64,000 bases of DNA from Candidatus Methanomethylicia archaeon. GTDB lineage: Archaea > Thermoproteota > Methanomethylicia > CALHIW01. Positions 1 through 10,970 of the stretch are shown in pieces. Under the pieces are notes generated by a model. That model saw only the letters and a list, made by a program, of their open reading frames with translations. It searched no databases and was not told where the DNA came from. The stretch spans positions 1 to 64,000 of the forward strand of contig JAWBQF010000010.1 in the NCBI GenBank assembly GCA_038845975.1, written 5' to 3'. The position numbers were made by a program, and so were the translations under genes. Numbering within the stretch: the first letter of the stretch is position 1; each line of letters begins with the position of its first letter.

Positions 1-167
1 ACTTCTAGTAACGATAAAGCTTAGAATATCTGAAGCCATTCTAGATGAATGGAAATATATAAGCACCATAACAACTAAAGTAAATGAAACCCTCTCCCTA
101 CAAACTTAACAAATTTAACCATAAACAAGGGAGAGAACTCCCAAATAAATCTAAAGTTAACAAAGCC
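1..167 (-). mobile_element. Partial decayed IS6-family element (one end, cut by window edge)
   Basis: Aligns by eye with 33716-33905 and 46620-46794; ends in the TIR AAGTTAACAAAGCC at 154-167. Confidence 0.85.
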
Positions 168-261
168 TAAAGATGTTAGATAAAATTTATTTAAGTATAC
201 TATTAAGATAAATAGGGGACACCATAAAATATTAGAACAAAAATTCAATTGCAAGATTTAG

Positions 262-374
262 TGGGGCCGCGGGGATTTGAACCCCGGACCATGCGGGCCC
301 TAGCTAATATAAGTTCAAGCCGCACATTCTAAACCAAGCTGAACTACGGCTTAGTGTACAGTTAACTGTACCCC
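262..374 (-). tRNA. tRNA-Pro(UGG) with two non-canonical introns: 3/4 (351-371, 21 nt) and 35/36 (300-315, 16 nt)
   Basis: Spliced form is GGG|GCCG UA GUUC AGCUUGGUUUA GAAU G UGCGG CUUG|GGC CCGCA UGGUC CGGGG UUCAAAU CCCCG CGGCCCC A. Intron 1 has a full BHB (GG-GGUG-GGG / CACU-AAG-CC). Intron 2 has a central helix GGCU/AGCU. Short variable arm; CCA not encoded. Confidence 0.85.
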
Positions 375-1227
375 ACCCCTTCAGCCCCTAAAATTAATTA
401 AAACTGGATTTATATATTTTATTCCAATGATGCTATGTCCAATTTTGTTTACTATAAATCATTTTGAAAACTTTCATTTCTATACCTCTTCTAATAACCT
501 TAGTTATTAAACGTTTTTCTATGAATCTATTTGAAAACTCTTAAGTGATTTGACTGATTGACTTAAATAGTAAGGTTTCAGGCGAGTTCAGAAATAGCAA
601 AGTAGGACATAGAGTATTCTTCGGGAGGAAACTATGATTTCAACATAATAGCAGAAAACTTAGCTACATGAAACATAATATACAAAGCTTCACTAATGTT
701 TTGAAAGTTTTCTATATGCTCTTTATATTACTCAGTATGATTAGACGTTTACATAAATGATCTATATAGCCTTAATATTCTAGTTAAATAATATACTTAA
801 ACTCTTAGGATTACTAGCAAACTACTACTGCTAACTTTGGATGCTAGATGGAGTTCCGATTTAATTAAGCATCATTATTATAATCTCTTCTTTAATTAGT
901 TATAGGTCTAATTGTAGTGTTTCTTTAAGCTCATCTCTTCACTTCATAATCTTAATATATAGTTTTAGGTCTATAAATACTGTTTAAGTTTCCTATTTTA
1001 GCGACTTGGTTTATCATGCTCTCTAAAATTGTGAAGTGTTGATAGGGACTTAGGATAGTATTTAAATTAAGGTAATTGTATACAATGTAGGAAGCTATAA
1101 AGCAATGATTGAATGTTGTTTAAACTGCTTTTATTCTATATTCATCGAAATCTTTAAGGAAAGAAATATATAATGGCTTCAAGTAGTAGTTTTCTAACTT
1201 ATAGGGATATTGATTAAGTTATAAGTA

Positions 1228-2004
1228 TTAATTTTCAGGTATCTTTATGAGGGAAATGTTGCTATCTACAGTTACTCCATAGCCTATTGGTGTTTTAACT
1301 ATTGGTAAAGTTCTCCATCCACCGCAATTGGCAGTTTTACTTTTATAATCTATTTTTGGTATGTGTGTATGGCCGCATATAAGCCAAACATCATTTTCAA
1401 TTCCAGCTAGTTTCCTCCAAACTTCTTCTAGAAATGGCTTTCTAGTAATGTAAGATAGGATGAAGGATAGTGCTCCAATTCTTGAGAAGTCATTTCCATG
1501 ATAGGCTACAATAGTTAAATTATCCATTTTAAATTTTGCTATATATCCAACAACATATACTTCAACATCTTTAAAACTGAATTTTTCAGTAGGTATTTTT
1601 GGATCATGTACTGGAGAACCTAAAACATAGTATACATTTACATTAGATATATTTAATACATTAATAGCTTTAACTATGAGTTCGCTGTAGCTTGTATATC
1701 TGTAGGCATTAGGAGAATCAAATAAGTCACCAACTATAATTATGCTTGAAATATTGTTTTCCCTGGTAAATCTACCAATTCTACTGTAAGTTTCAGCTTC
1801 TAGATTCTTTGATAAATGTAGATCTGATATAAATAGTGAGGACCCTGATAAACTATATGACTTTACATTTACATATGGATTTAAACTAGGAATTAATGGG
1901 TAAAGTATACATGGAATATTTACAAGTAGAAATAGTGTAGCAATTATTAGAATTATTATTGAATAAATAGTTACGTTACGGATTAATGCATTTACTCTAG
2001 ACAT
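1228..2004 (-). CDS. Calcineurin-like metallophosphoesterase with N-terminal membrane anchor
   Basis: SDLH, VGDLFD, YHG and GHTH motifs; hydrophobic N-terminus. Confidence 0.8.
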   Translation of the reverse strand: MSRVNALIRNVTIYSIIILIIATLFLLVNIPCILYPLIPSLNPYVNVKSYSLSGSSLFISDLHLSKNLEAETYSRIGRFTRENNISSIIIVGDLFDSPNAYRYTSYSELIVKAINVLNISNVNVYYVLGSPVHDPKIPTEKFSFKDVEVYVVGYIAKFKMDNLTIVAYHGNDFSRIGALSFILSYITRKPFLEEVWRKLAGIENDVWLICGHTHIPKIDYKSKTANCGGWRTLPIVKTPIGYGVTVDSNISLIKIPEN

Positions 2005-2203
2005 CCATTACTAAATAGCCTATTAAACTTAAGGTTTTCGATGAAGCTGAAATGCTTTAAATCATTTTATTCACTATCTTTAAACCTTTATGGATTAGGA
2101 GTGGTTTAAAATAAGGTTAATAAGAAAAATATTATTGAGCTACTATGAAACTTGGTAGTTGATAGATATTAGGAACTATGTAGATTAGAATTATGCTATC
2201 TCA

Positions 2204-3073
2204 TTATAGGTAGTTTGATGTATAGTGGTTAGATGATTGTTTGTATGATCCTAAAACCTTAATATATGTTGTTTTTTTGGAGAGTTCTTTTAGGGCATTT
2301 TTTACTATGTTATTTTCTATACTTCCCTCAAAATCCAGGTAGAAGTAGTACTCCCATGGTCTTCCAATAACAGGTCTTGATTCAATTTTAGTTAAATTGA
2401 TTCCTCTACTAGCAAATACTTTAAGAGCTTTATAAAGGGAGCCGGGTACATGCTTAACCGTAAATACAATTGATGTTTTAACCTTGCCTATTGGTTTAAT
2501 CATGTTTCTAGATATTATTAGAAATCTTGTATAGTTGTTTTTATCATCTTCAATTCCCTCTGCAAGAATCTTTAATCCGTAAATTTCAGCAGCCTTATTA
2601 CTGGCAATTGCGGCAGCATACTTTATCCTCCTTCTACTAAGCATCTTAACACTTCCAGCAGTATCATATGTTGGATAGGTAGCTAGCTTTTGCTTTCTAA
2701 TGAAGTTTTTACACTGTCCAAGAGCTTGTGGATGAGAGTAAACCTTTTTAATATCTTTAATCTCATAGTCATGATATGATATTAGACAATGTGAGATTCT
2801 AATAACAATTTCACCGGTAATTTTAAGGTTTGATTCTCTCATTAAATCGTAGGATCTTGTAACGCTACCTTCAATCGAGTTTTCAACGGGAATAATTCCA
2901 TAGTCTACATAGGAGGCTTCAACAATTTTAAATACATCCTCAAGATCCTTGCAGGGTATAAATTTAATATTACAGTTAAAAAACTTCTCAGCAGCAATCT
3001 CACTATATGCTCCACGTTCACCTTGAAAAGCTATAGAAATTGGCTCATAAATCCACCAGAACATACTTAACAT
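2204..3073 (-). CDS. pheA: Prephenate dehydratase with ACT domain
   Basis: AFQGERGAYSE, PVENSIEGSV, SHPQALGQC, NYTRF, INLTKIESRP motifs. Confidence 0.95.
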   Translation of the reverse strand: MLSMFWWIYEPISIAFQGERGAYSEIAAEKFFNCNIKFIPCKDLEDVFKIVEASYVDYGIIPVENSIEGSVTRSYDLMRESNLKITGEIVIRISHCLISYHDYEIKDIKKVYSHPQALGQCKNFIRKQKLATYPTYDTAGSVKMLSRRRIKYAAAIASNKAAEIYGLKILAEGIEDDKNNYTRFLIISRNMIKPIGKVKTSIVFTVKHVPGSLYKALKVFASRGINLTKIESRPVIGRPWEYYFYLDFEGSIENNIVKNALKELSKKTTYIKVLGSYKQSSNHYTSNYL

Positions 3074-3281
3074 TCTAATTAATAAGCATTGTGGCTAAAA
3101 ACTCCTAACTATCTGATGGAAAGCTTTATAGCTGTAATTCATAGTTCTACTTTAAACTTAACAATATATTTTTGGAACATTTTCTTAGTTGTATTATGCA
3201 GTATGTTTGGTATTGATAATAGCTGGAAATAGCTTAATTCTTATGTGGAGAAAATGAATTGTTAGCTAATTAATATTGCCT

Positions 3282-3848
3282 TTATGGAGATAATATGTAT
3301 TGTGGGGATATTGAGACTCCATAGTGTAGAAGCTGATCATTACATTTAGAACATAGCATAGCCTTCTTAAAGTCAGTATCATATATACTATTACTGAACC
3401 TCATTACACATCTTGGATTACTACAGTGTTGAAGATATAGTAAATGACCTATTTCATGTAGAACCTCCTTCTTAACTCTTTCAGTAAAAATTTCAAAATT
3501 ATTGATTAAACCATAGAAGCTTTGTTTCAGCCTTGCAAGATATACAATACATGTTCTGATAGTAGGTATAGCCTCGCCGAAAATAAAGTTTAAACCTTTA
3601 ACATAGGCATCAACATCAGCAAGTCCTATAACAAATCCATTTTTGAAATTAAGCTCACTTCTTAACCACTTAATAACGCCATCACTATCATACTGTTTTC
3701 TCCTAGTATTATAGAAACTGTTTGGTATTGACATATTCTTAGCACTAATTTCAACATTTAGTTTAAAAACGTCATTTAGAAAGTTTCTAACGGTTTCTAC
3801 GATGTTTTCTTCAACAACACCCAATGGTTGAATAAGTATTTTCAACAT
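3282..3848 (-). CDS. amzA: Archaemetzincin family Zn metalloprotease
   Basis: HEIGHLLYLQHC..CVM..S, C-terminal CxxC, LNFIFGEA. Confidence 0.9.
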   Translation of the reverse strand: MLKILIQPLGVVEENIVETVRNFLNDVFKLNVEISAKNMSIPNSFYNTRRKQYDSDGVIKWLRSELNFKNGFVIGLADVDAYVKGLNFIFGEAIPTIRTCIVYLARLKQSFYGLINNFEIFTERVKKEVLHEIGHLLYLQHCSNPRCVMRFSNSIYDTDFKKAMLCSKCNDQLLHYGVSISPQYILSP

Positions 3849-3855
3849 TACAGTT

Positions 3856-4599
3856 TCACTTAGTAAGTTTAAGAATAATATTGTAGAGATCTTTAGGCTT
3901 TTTAGAATATAGTCTTAGCTTTGTAGCTCCTATAGGATTTGAGGCAATACTTGCTATAATATCTACAAATTTCCTCTTTTCATCATAACTTATACTTTTA
4001 GCCTCAATAGGAGCTGGAAGAACAGTCATATCATTAATTACTATACCCTTATCAGTAACTTTATACCGTTTAGCAATCATAAGTGCAGCATAGCCTCTCT
4101 TAGATGCTGATATTCTATTTACTATTTGGTTTAGGGAGGATATTGAGAACAGTAGAGCATAAAGTATAAGCCAGCCAAGAAATCTTCCGAAATGCTCATC
4201 GCAATAGCCAAGCTCTGAAACCCTGCTAGCAATTATAGATTGGAATCTGAAACTATTTAATAAATAGAATAGAATTAATACCAGAAGTGGAAGTGTAAAC
4301 ATCGTAAGCATTGTTAATCCTTGAGCCTTCAAATCAACATTTAAAAGAGGATCTTTAGACATTAGGGGCTTTACATCATCATCATCAGCCTTAACAATGA
4401 TTTTCCCACTTAAAACATCTCTAATACTCATTGAAGTCTTCTTAAAACCACGTCCACTAATAATAGCCATAATAGCCATAATAAATATGAAGTATCCTAA
4501 AAATACATAGCTAGTATATTCTGGTGGAGCATATGAGGATATATATGCAAATACAAACATAGCTATAATGCTTAACATGTAGTTGATCCAAAGCTTCAT
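3856..4599 (-). CDS. Conserved archaeal membrane protein (DUF2208-like)
   Basis: About four TM segments, LMSKDPLL motif, C-terminal beta domain ending RLYSKKP. Confidence 0.6.
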   Translation of the reverse strand: MKLWINYMLSIIAMFVFAYISSYAPPEYTSYVFLGYFIFIMAIMAIISGRGFKKTSMSIRDVLSGKIIVKADDDDVKPLMSKDPLLNVDLKAQGLTMLTMFTLPLLVLILFYLLNSFRFQSIIASRVSELGYCDEHFGRFLGWLILYALLFSISSLNQIVNRISASKRGYAALMIAKRYKVTDKGIVINDMTVLPAPIEAKSISYDEKRKFVDIIASIASNPIGATKLRLYSKKPKDLYNIILKLTK

Positions 4600-4649
4600 A
4601 GAATCATAGTAGTATTAAGGATATTTAAATATTTTGAATATTATGGAAT

Positions 4650-6206
4650 TTATGTTAGAGATGATTTTAGTAATTCGCTTATATCCTTTACTGTAATCTT
4701 ATCCTCTAAACCTAAAGCCTTCACAGCATCTGTAAGCATAATAACACAGAATGGGCATGCTGTAGCAATAATATCTACATTAAGCTCTAATGCCTCTTTA
4801 ACTCTCTCAACTGATGGCCTCCTATCGTAGGGTGCTTCCTCAGTCCAAACTCTTCCACCACCTCCACCACAGCAGAAGCTATTCTCCCTATTTCTATTCA
4901 TCTCAACAAGCCTAACTCCAGGTATGGATTGAAGTATTTCTCTAGGTTCTTCAAATATATTGTTTCTCTTACCTAGAAAACATGGATCATGATAGGCTAC
5001 TCTAGCATTAATATTTCTTAGAGGCCTAATTAAACCATTTCTTAAAGCTTCAATGAATACTTGAGTGTAGTGTTTAACGTTAACAGTTAAGCTACTGTAT
5101 GGCTGTTCATTCCTGAATACATTGAAGCAGTGAGGAGAATTTGTTATTATGTTTTTAATGTTATGATCACGGAATACTTGAATATTATGCTCAGCAAGAA
5201 ATTCAAATAGTCCTCTTTCACCAAGTCTTAACATATGGTCACCACAACACCATTCATCAACTCCAAGAATACCATAGTTTAATCCTATTAGATTTAAAAT
5301 ATAGGCTGTTGATCTTGCTATTTCATGACATCTAATATCATATGCTGGACCACAGCATACAAAGTATAGGTTTTCATACTGCTCATTAGGCTTCAATAAT
5401 TTAATATTTAAATCCTTAATCCAGTCAATTCTCTTCTCAGAGGGCATACCCCACGGATTATATGTTAGAAACGTATTTGATAAAACATCCCTAACAGTTT
5501 TAGGAACAAAACCCTCCTCAACAATAACTCTTCTCAACTCAGTAACTGAATAGGAAGAATTTACTTCTTTAGGACAGTGTAAAGTGCATGAGTGACATGC
5601 AGTACATAGCCATATATTATCTTCAGATATCTTAATTCTCTCTTTAATACCTTCATCTCTTGAATCTATGTTAAACCTATACATTGTAGATAGAGCTGTT
5701 GGACCGAGGAATTTATCATCAATAGATGCTGGACAAGCAGCATAGCATATTGCACATTTAATACATAAAGTATAGTTCCAATACTTCCAGTGATCCTCAG
5801 GTTTTTGAAGTATTTCATTCTGTGGATATGTAGATCTGATAAGATATGGCTTAATATACCTATACTTATTGAAGAAGTTGTTAACGTCAACTACAAGATC
5901 TCTAATAGTAGGCATGTTTGGAAGAGGCTCAATGAAAATGGAGTCCACATTTAAATGAAGTATTTGAGTATAACATGCAAGCATTGGTTTTCCATTTACA
6001 AGCACACCACAGCTTCCACATATACCCATACGGCAAGAATATCTAAAATTAAGAGAGCCGTCAACATTATCCTTAATGTATAGTAGAGCATCAAGAAGAG
6101 TCATACCCCTATAGACTGGAACAGTATATGTTGATATTAATACTTTACCGGATTCAGGATCATATCTTTTAACTTTTATTTCAATGTTTTTAACAAATTC
6201 AGCCAT
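4650..6206 (-). CDS. Fumarate reductase/SDH Fe-S subunit fused to two CCG (HdrD/GlpC-like) domains; TfrB-like architecture
   Basis: SCRMGICGSC..LAC 2Fe-2S site, CIKCAICYAACP, CTACHSCTLHCP, then WCCGD and YHDPC..FCCGGGG..TACPFC; start moved to ATG 6206 behind a GGTGGTG SD. Confidence 0.85.
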   Translation of the reverse strand: MAEFVKNIEIKVKRYDPESGKVLISTYTVPVYRGMTLLDALLYIKDNVDGSLNFRYSCRMGICGSCGVLVNGKPMLACYTQILHLNVDSIFIEPLPNMPTIRDLVVDVNNFFNKYRYIKPYLIRSTYPQNEILQKPEDHWKYWNYTLCIKCAICYAACPASIDDKFLGPTALSTMYRFNIDSRDEGIKERIKISEDNIWLCTACHSCTLHCPKEVNSSYSVTELRRVIVEEGFVPKTVRDVLSNTFLTYNPWGMPSEKRIDWIKDLNIKLLKPNEQYENLYFVCCGPAYDIRCHEIARSTAYILNLIGLNYGILGVDEWCCGDHMLRLGERGLFEFLAEHNIQVFRDHNIKNIITNSPHCFNVFRNEQPYSSLTVNVKHYTQVFIEALRNGLIRPLRNINARVAYHDPCFLGKRNNIFEEPREILQSIPGVRLVEMNRNRENSFCCGGGGGRVWTEEAPYDRRPSVERVKEALELNVDIIATACPFCVIMLTDAVKALGLEDKITVKDISELLKSSLT

Positions 6207-6214
6207 AACACCAC

Positions 6215-7915
6215 CTAGTATGCACGTACTTGTGGAGCCCACTTTGTAATAGTTACAGGAATATATTCTAGACGTGGACCATCAACAGTATAGTAGGCTA
6301 ATGTATGTACAAGCCAGTTTTCATCATCTCTATTCGGATAGTCAATTCTTGAATGAGCCCCACGAGATTCTCTTCTATTTAAAGCAGATAGTAAAGTTAC
6401 CTCTGCAAGATCAAGCATAAAGTCAAGTTCTAATGCAGCTATAAAGCCTGTATTAAAAACTTTTCCTCTATCCTCAACTCTAGCACTCTTAAATCTTTCT
6501 TTTAAATCCTTAATCCTCCTAAGCCCTTCTAGAAGCTTATCGCCATGCCTGAAAATCCATGCACAATCATCCATTATACGCCTCATTTCATTTCTAATTT
6601 CTGGAATTCTCTCACCACCTTCATGTTTAAGAACACTATCATAAACTCTCTTCTCCTCCATTAATAGAAGGTCTTGAGGTATATCCGGTAGAGAGGATAA
6701 TTGAGCGTTTTTAGCAGCTTCAACACCTGCAATAGCTCCGAAAACTAAACATTCAGCTGTTGAATTTGTTCCAAGCCTATTTGCACCATGAAGGCTTAAA
6801 CATGAACATTCACCAGCAGCATAGAGTCTAGGTACTGGGGTTTCAGTTTTAATGTTTGCATGTATACCACCCATGGAGTAATGGGCTGCTGGCCTTATTG
6901 GTATTAGCTCATCTACAGGATCAATACCGGCAAGCTTAATACATACATCCCTTATTAATGGTAATCTCTCATTTATTTTCTCCTCGCCAAGATGTCTAAG
7001 ATCCAAAGCAATATATGGGCCGAAGGGACCTTTAAATCCTCTACCTTCAAGGATTTCAGTATGTTCAGCTCTTGAAACAACATCTCTAGGAGCTGTTTCC
7101 ATATATTTAGGAGCATAACGCTTCATAAAACGTTCACCATTAACATTTATTAAGTATCCGCCTTCACCACGAGCTCCCTCAGTAATAAGAATACCTGATG
7201 GAACAAGACCTGTTGGGTGAAACTGCACCATCTCCATATCCTTTAAAGGAACGCCTGCACGGTAAGCTATAGCTACACCATCACCTGTAGCTGAATGAGA
7301 ATATGTTGTGAAGTTATATATTCTCATATAGCCTCCAGTAGCCATTATTATTGATTTAGCCCTAAATACACTCATTCTACCAGTCTTTATTTCGATAGCT
7401 GTAACACCCCTAGCAATATTATCATCAACTATAAGAGATGTAACAAACCATTCATAGTAGAAGTTAATATTATCGTAAGCTAGTGAACGGCCATATAACG
7501 TATGCATTTCATGAAGACCAGTATAGTCAGCAGCAAAACATGCCCTCGGGAAGCTATGTCCTCCAAACGGTCTTTGAGATAGCTTTCCATTTTCATCTCT
7601 ACTCCATGGACAACCCCAATGATCAAGCTTAACTATTTCTACAGGTATTCTATTAACAAAAAGCTCTACAACATCCTGATCAGCGAGAAAATCAGATCCT
7701 TTAACAGTATCCCATGCATGAAGCTCTAATGAATCTCCTTCTCTCAATACCGCAGCAGTACCTCCCTGTGCACATATGGAGTGGGATCTAGTAGGGTAAA
7801 CCTTACTTATTACACCAATACTAAGCTTAGGGTCATATTCAGCAGCTGCTATAGCAGCTCTTAAACCAGCGATACCAGCGCCAACTATTACAATATCATG
7901 ACTTATAACTTCCAT
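6215..7915 (-). CDS. sdhA: Succinate dehydrogenase/fumarate reductase flavoprotein subunit (SdhA/FrdA/TfrA family)
   Basis: [16 protein letters not shown] (covalent FAD His), [34 protein letters not shown]. Confidence 0.9.
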   Translation of the reverse strand: MEVISHDIVIVGAGIAGLRAAIAAAEYDPKLSIGVISKVYPTRSHSICAQGGTAAVLREGDSLELHAWDTVKGSDFLADQDVVELFVNRIPVEIVKLDHWGCPWSRDENGKLSQRPFGGHSFPRACFAADYTGLHEMHTLYGRSLAYDNINFYYEWFVTSLIVDDNIARGVTAIEIKTGRMSVFRAKSIIMATGGYMRIYNFTTYSHSATGDGVAIAYRAGVPLKDMEMVQFHPTGLVPSGILITEGARGEGGYLINVNGERFMKRYAPKYMETAPRDVVSRAEHTEILEGRGFKGPFGPYIALDLRHLGEEKINERLPLIRDVCIKLAGIDPVDELIPIRPAAHYSMGGIHANIKTETPVPRLYAAGECSCLSLHGANRLGTNSTAECLVFGAIAGVEAAKNAQLSSLPDIPQDLLLMEEKRVYDSVLKHEGGERIPEIRNEMRRIMDDCAWIFRHGDKLLEGLRRIKDLKERFKSARVEDRGKVFNTGFIAALELDFMLDLAEVTLLSALNRRESRGAHSRIDYPNRDDENWLVHTLAYYTVDGPRLEYIPVTITKWAPQVRAY

Positions 7916-7970
7916 ATAACCGCCAATAGGCTATGGTAGAGAAACCTATAAATCTTTCCATAAAGTAAGT

Positions 7971-8020
7971 GGAATTGACAACTTAAGAAGGAAGCTACAA
8001 TATATTAAGTTGTAACGTTT
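7971..8020. mobile_element. Degenerate copy of 50-bp mini-TIR element (family A)
   Basis: 40/50 identical to 33118-33167; flanks AAGTAAGT / AAGTAGGC (decayed 8-bp TSD). Confidence 0.7.
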
Positions 8021-8981
8021 AAGTAGGCAACCTTGTAGATTTAGACATGTTTATCATCTCTAGCTACATTCCCATTAAGTCTCAATTTAGGGTTTAAATT
8101 GAATAGCATTTGTAAAATATCAACCCTTCTCTAACCGCCAATAACCTTCACGAGTTTAAGCCATTAACAATATATGTTCTTAGATTTAAAATTTACAAGA
8201 CAAAGTAAAACCAACATGATAACCTAGAGGCATTTAAATTCGGCTATCTAGAACTTAAAGCTCTGAAATAACTTTAAGCTACATGTTAAGTTGTTATATC
8301 TAGGGAAACATAATATCTATCAGGATTGCTGATATGTTCTATTAAGAACTCATCGTGGAACTTCAGTATATTGTTATGTATGATGTTTGTATGAGTGTTA
8401 GGAATGTTGATGTAAGCTGCTCATATCTTACTATTGAATACTACTATATGCAAAGAATCTTTCAGTAGTGCTTCTCATTTTCTTATATACCTTTTATTGA
8501 GTCTATAAGGCTTTCTACGTTTAAGCTTAATCCTCAGATTAACATTTATGTTATTTTGTTTCCTTAATACTTAAGGTAAGCTCTTATGTCTTAGTGTTAC
8601 ATGAATCTCCATAATCTACTTAGGTCAAATATTCTCATATCCATTATAGCCAATCAGCTCTTCTTCCTAACCTAATGCTATGCTATCAATAGTGATTTAC
8701 TTCTAAGCCTCTTAAAGCTTAAGTAATATCTATACTTACAGGTATCCATTTACAGTTAGCAACAAGCACATACAAATAACATTCAATACAGTCATTATTA
8801 ATTATAGCTTAGAGAGAAAGAATTTTAGTAAGCGTTCACCCAATTATTATTAAACTCATAAACTTTATATATAAACACAGGAATAAAATCTAAATATTTT
8901 TACAATGACTTCTAACAATCTGAAGTTAATACATATCATTATTTAGCGTGAAGTTTTTAAATGTTAAATTTTAAATATATT

Positions 8982-10247
8982 ATGGAAACATCTAGGATAC
9001 CGGGTTTCTATAAGCTTTCAGTTACAGAAAGATTAAAAATTATTGCTGAATATGCATCGTTAACTAACGAAGAGGTTGAAGCTCTCAGTAATTTTGGAAA
9101 TTTAGGTGCTGAACTAGCTGATAGAATGATTGAAAACGTTATTGGAGGAATAACGTACCCATTTGCAGTTGCTGTAAACTTTCTTATCAATAATCGTGAT
9201 TATATAGTTCCAATGGTTATAGAAGAACCTTCAGTTGTTGCTGCTGCAAGTAATGCTGCTAGAATTACGAGAAGTAAGGGAGGTATACAGACAAGCAGTA
9301 CAGATCCATTAATGATTGGACAGATTCAGTTAGTTAATGTTAAGGATCCTTGGGGTAAGAGAGCATTAATACTTGAACATAAAGATGAATTGTTAAAAAT
9401 CGCTAATGAGCAGGATCCAGTACTTGTAAGCCTTGGTGGTGGAGCTAGAGATCTTGAGGTTAGGGTATTGGATACTTTAAAGGGCCCAATGGTTATTACC
9501 CATCTCATCGTTGATGTCAGAGATGCTATGGGCGCAAATACTGTTAATACTATGGTTGAGGCAATAGCACCATACATAGAGGAGCTTACTAATGGGAAGG
9601 TATATCTCCGAATAATATCAAATCTTCCTGATAAACGAATTGTTAGAGCTAAAGTTATTGTTGATAAGAAGGAGCTTGGTGGAGAAGATATCGTTGATAG
9701 GATAGTTTCAGCATGGGCTTTTGCAGCTGTAGATCCTTATAGAGCTGTAACGCACAATAAGGGAATTATGAATGGAATAATAGCTGTAGCTCTTGCTACG
9801 GCTCAGGATCATAGAGCTATTGAAGCAGGAGCACATGCATATGCTGCTAGAAACGGGAAATACACTACATTAACTACATGGGAGAAAAATGAAGACGGTG
9901 ATCTTGTAGGTGTTCTTGAACTACCTATTCCTGTTGGAATTGTTGGTGGAGCTATTAAAACACACCCAATTGCAAGAATAGCTTTAAAAATACTTAAAGT
10001 TAAAACTGCAAGAGAGCTTGGAGAAGTTATGGGGGCTGTAGGACTAGTCCAAAATCTTGCAGCACTAAGAGCACTAGTAACAGAGGGGATTCAGAAAGGC
10101 CATATGAAGCTTCATGCTAGAAATCTTGCAATTATGGCTGGTGCTAAGGGTGAAATGATAGATAGAGTTGTTGAAGCAATGATTGGAGAGGGAAAAATTA
10201 GATTTGATAGAGCTAAGGAAATTGTTAGAAAGCTTAGTGGAAAATAA
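8982..10247 (+). CDS. mvaA: Class II (MvaA-type) HMG-CoA reductase
   Basis: MIENVIG, EEPSVVAAAS, DAMGANTVN, THNKGIMNG, EGIQKGHMKLH; start probably METSR at 8982. Confidence 0.92.
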   Translation: METSRIPGFYKLSVTERLKIIAEYASLTNEEVEALSNFGNLGAELADRMIENVIGGITYPFAVAVNFLINNRDYIVPMVIEEPSVVAAASNAARITRSKGGIQTSSTDPLMIGQIQLVNVKDPWGKRALILEHKDELLKIANEQDPVLVSLGGGARDLEVRVLDTLKGPMVITHLIVDVRDAMGANTVNTMVEAIAPYIEELTNGKVYLRIISNLPDKRIVRAKVIVDKKELGGEDIVDRIVSAWAFAAVDPYRAVTHNKGIMNGIIAVALATAQDHRAIEAGAHAYAARNGKYTTLTTWEKNEDGDLVGVLELPIPVGIVGGAIKTHPIARIALKILKVKTARELGEVMGAVGLVQNLAALRALVTEGIQKGHMKLHARNLAIMAGAKGEMIDRVVEAMIGEGKIRFDRAKEIVRKLSGK

Positions 10248-10426
10248 GAGTTCTATTTACTTACTAGATAGGTAAATAGATTCTCATTTACATCATGGCT
10301 AACATTTATTATAAAGCTAATTAACTAACTCAACACTTTCATACATCATATAGACTGGAATAGTAATCACTAGAAATTAGGAGTGTAAAAGTTTATTAAG
10401 TTCTTCTCAATATAACATTGATTTAT

Positions 10427-10819
10427 ATGTTTTTACCATGCGAAGTAGCTGTAAAAGCAGTAATTCCAGCTATTAGATCTGCAATTGTGAAGGTAATGTA
10501 TAATGAATTTGGATTTAAACAAATAAGCATAGCGGAGTCTCTAAACATAACTCAAGCTGCTGTAAGCCAATATATTAGAGGAGTAAGAGGAACAGCTATA
10601 AGTATTGATAGTATTCCTGAAATACATAGTGAAATCATTAATTTCATTAACAAAGTCATAATGGAAAATATTAGTAGAGATGAGCAAATAATTCACTATT
10701 GTAAACTCTGCAATACTATTAGGGCTAAGGGACTTATGTGTGAGATACATAAGCAATACGACTTAACGATAAGAAAACTTAACTGCAGTATCTGTAAATC
10801 CTTTAAATGTGGATTATAG
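10427..10819 (+). CDS. HTH transcriptional regulator (LPCE / COG2522-like) with C-terminal Cys cluster
   Basis: FLPCEV..VIPAIR, IAESLNITQAAVSQY..GVRG, CKLC..CEIH..CSIC. Confidence 0.8.
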   Translation: MFLPCEVAVKAVIPAIRSAIVKVMYNEFGFKQISIAESLNITQAAVSQYIRGVRGTAISIDSIPEIHSEIINFINKVIMENISRDEQIIHYCKLCNTIRAKGLMCEIHKQYDLTIRKLNCSICKSFKCGL

Positions 10820-10970
10820 CATAACAGCAATACATAACCATGTATGAGCTAGTTACATACAATGTAATACTACAGCTTAACATAATGGATGCTGATAAAA
10901 TATTTAATTTCTAAAAGAAGATAAAATTATTAGGAAACCTAAATAGATTTCCATATTTTAAGCTGCAATA

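Noticed and set aside
262-350. tRNA-Ser(UGA) via a canonical 37/38 intron
   Set aside because: No long variable arm, A73 and a Pro-like body; the 35/36 splice motif pairs better
560-592. ACTTAAATA...AGGCGAGTTCA shared with the interior of the 232-bp MITE
   Set aside because: Match too short and no TIRs recognisable; cannot be delimited
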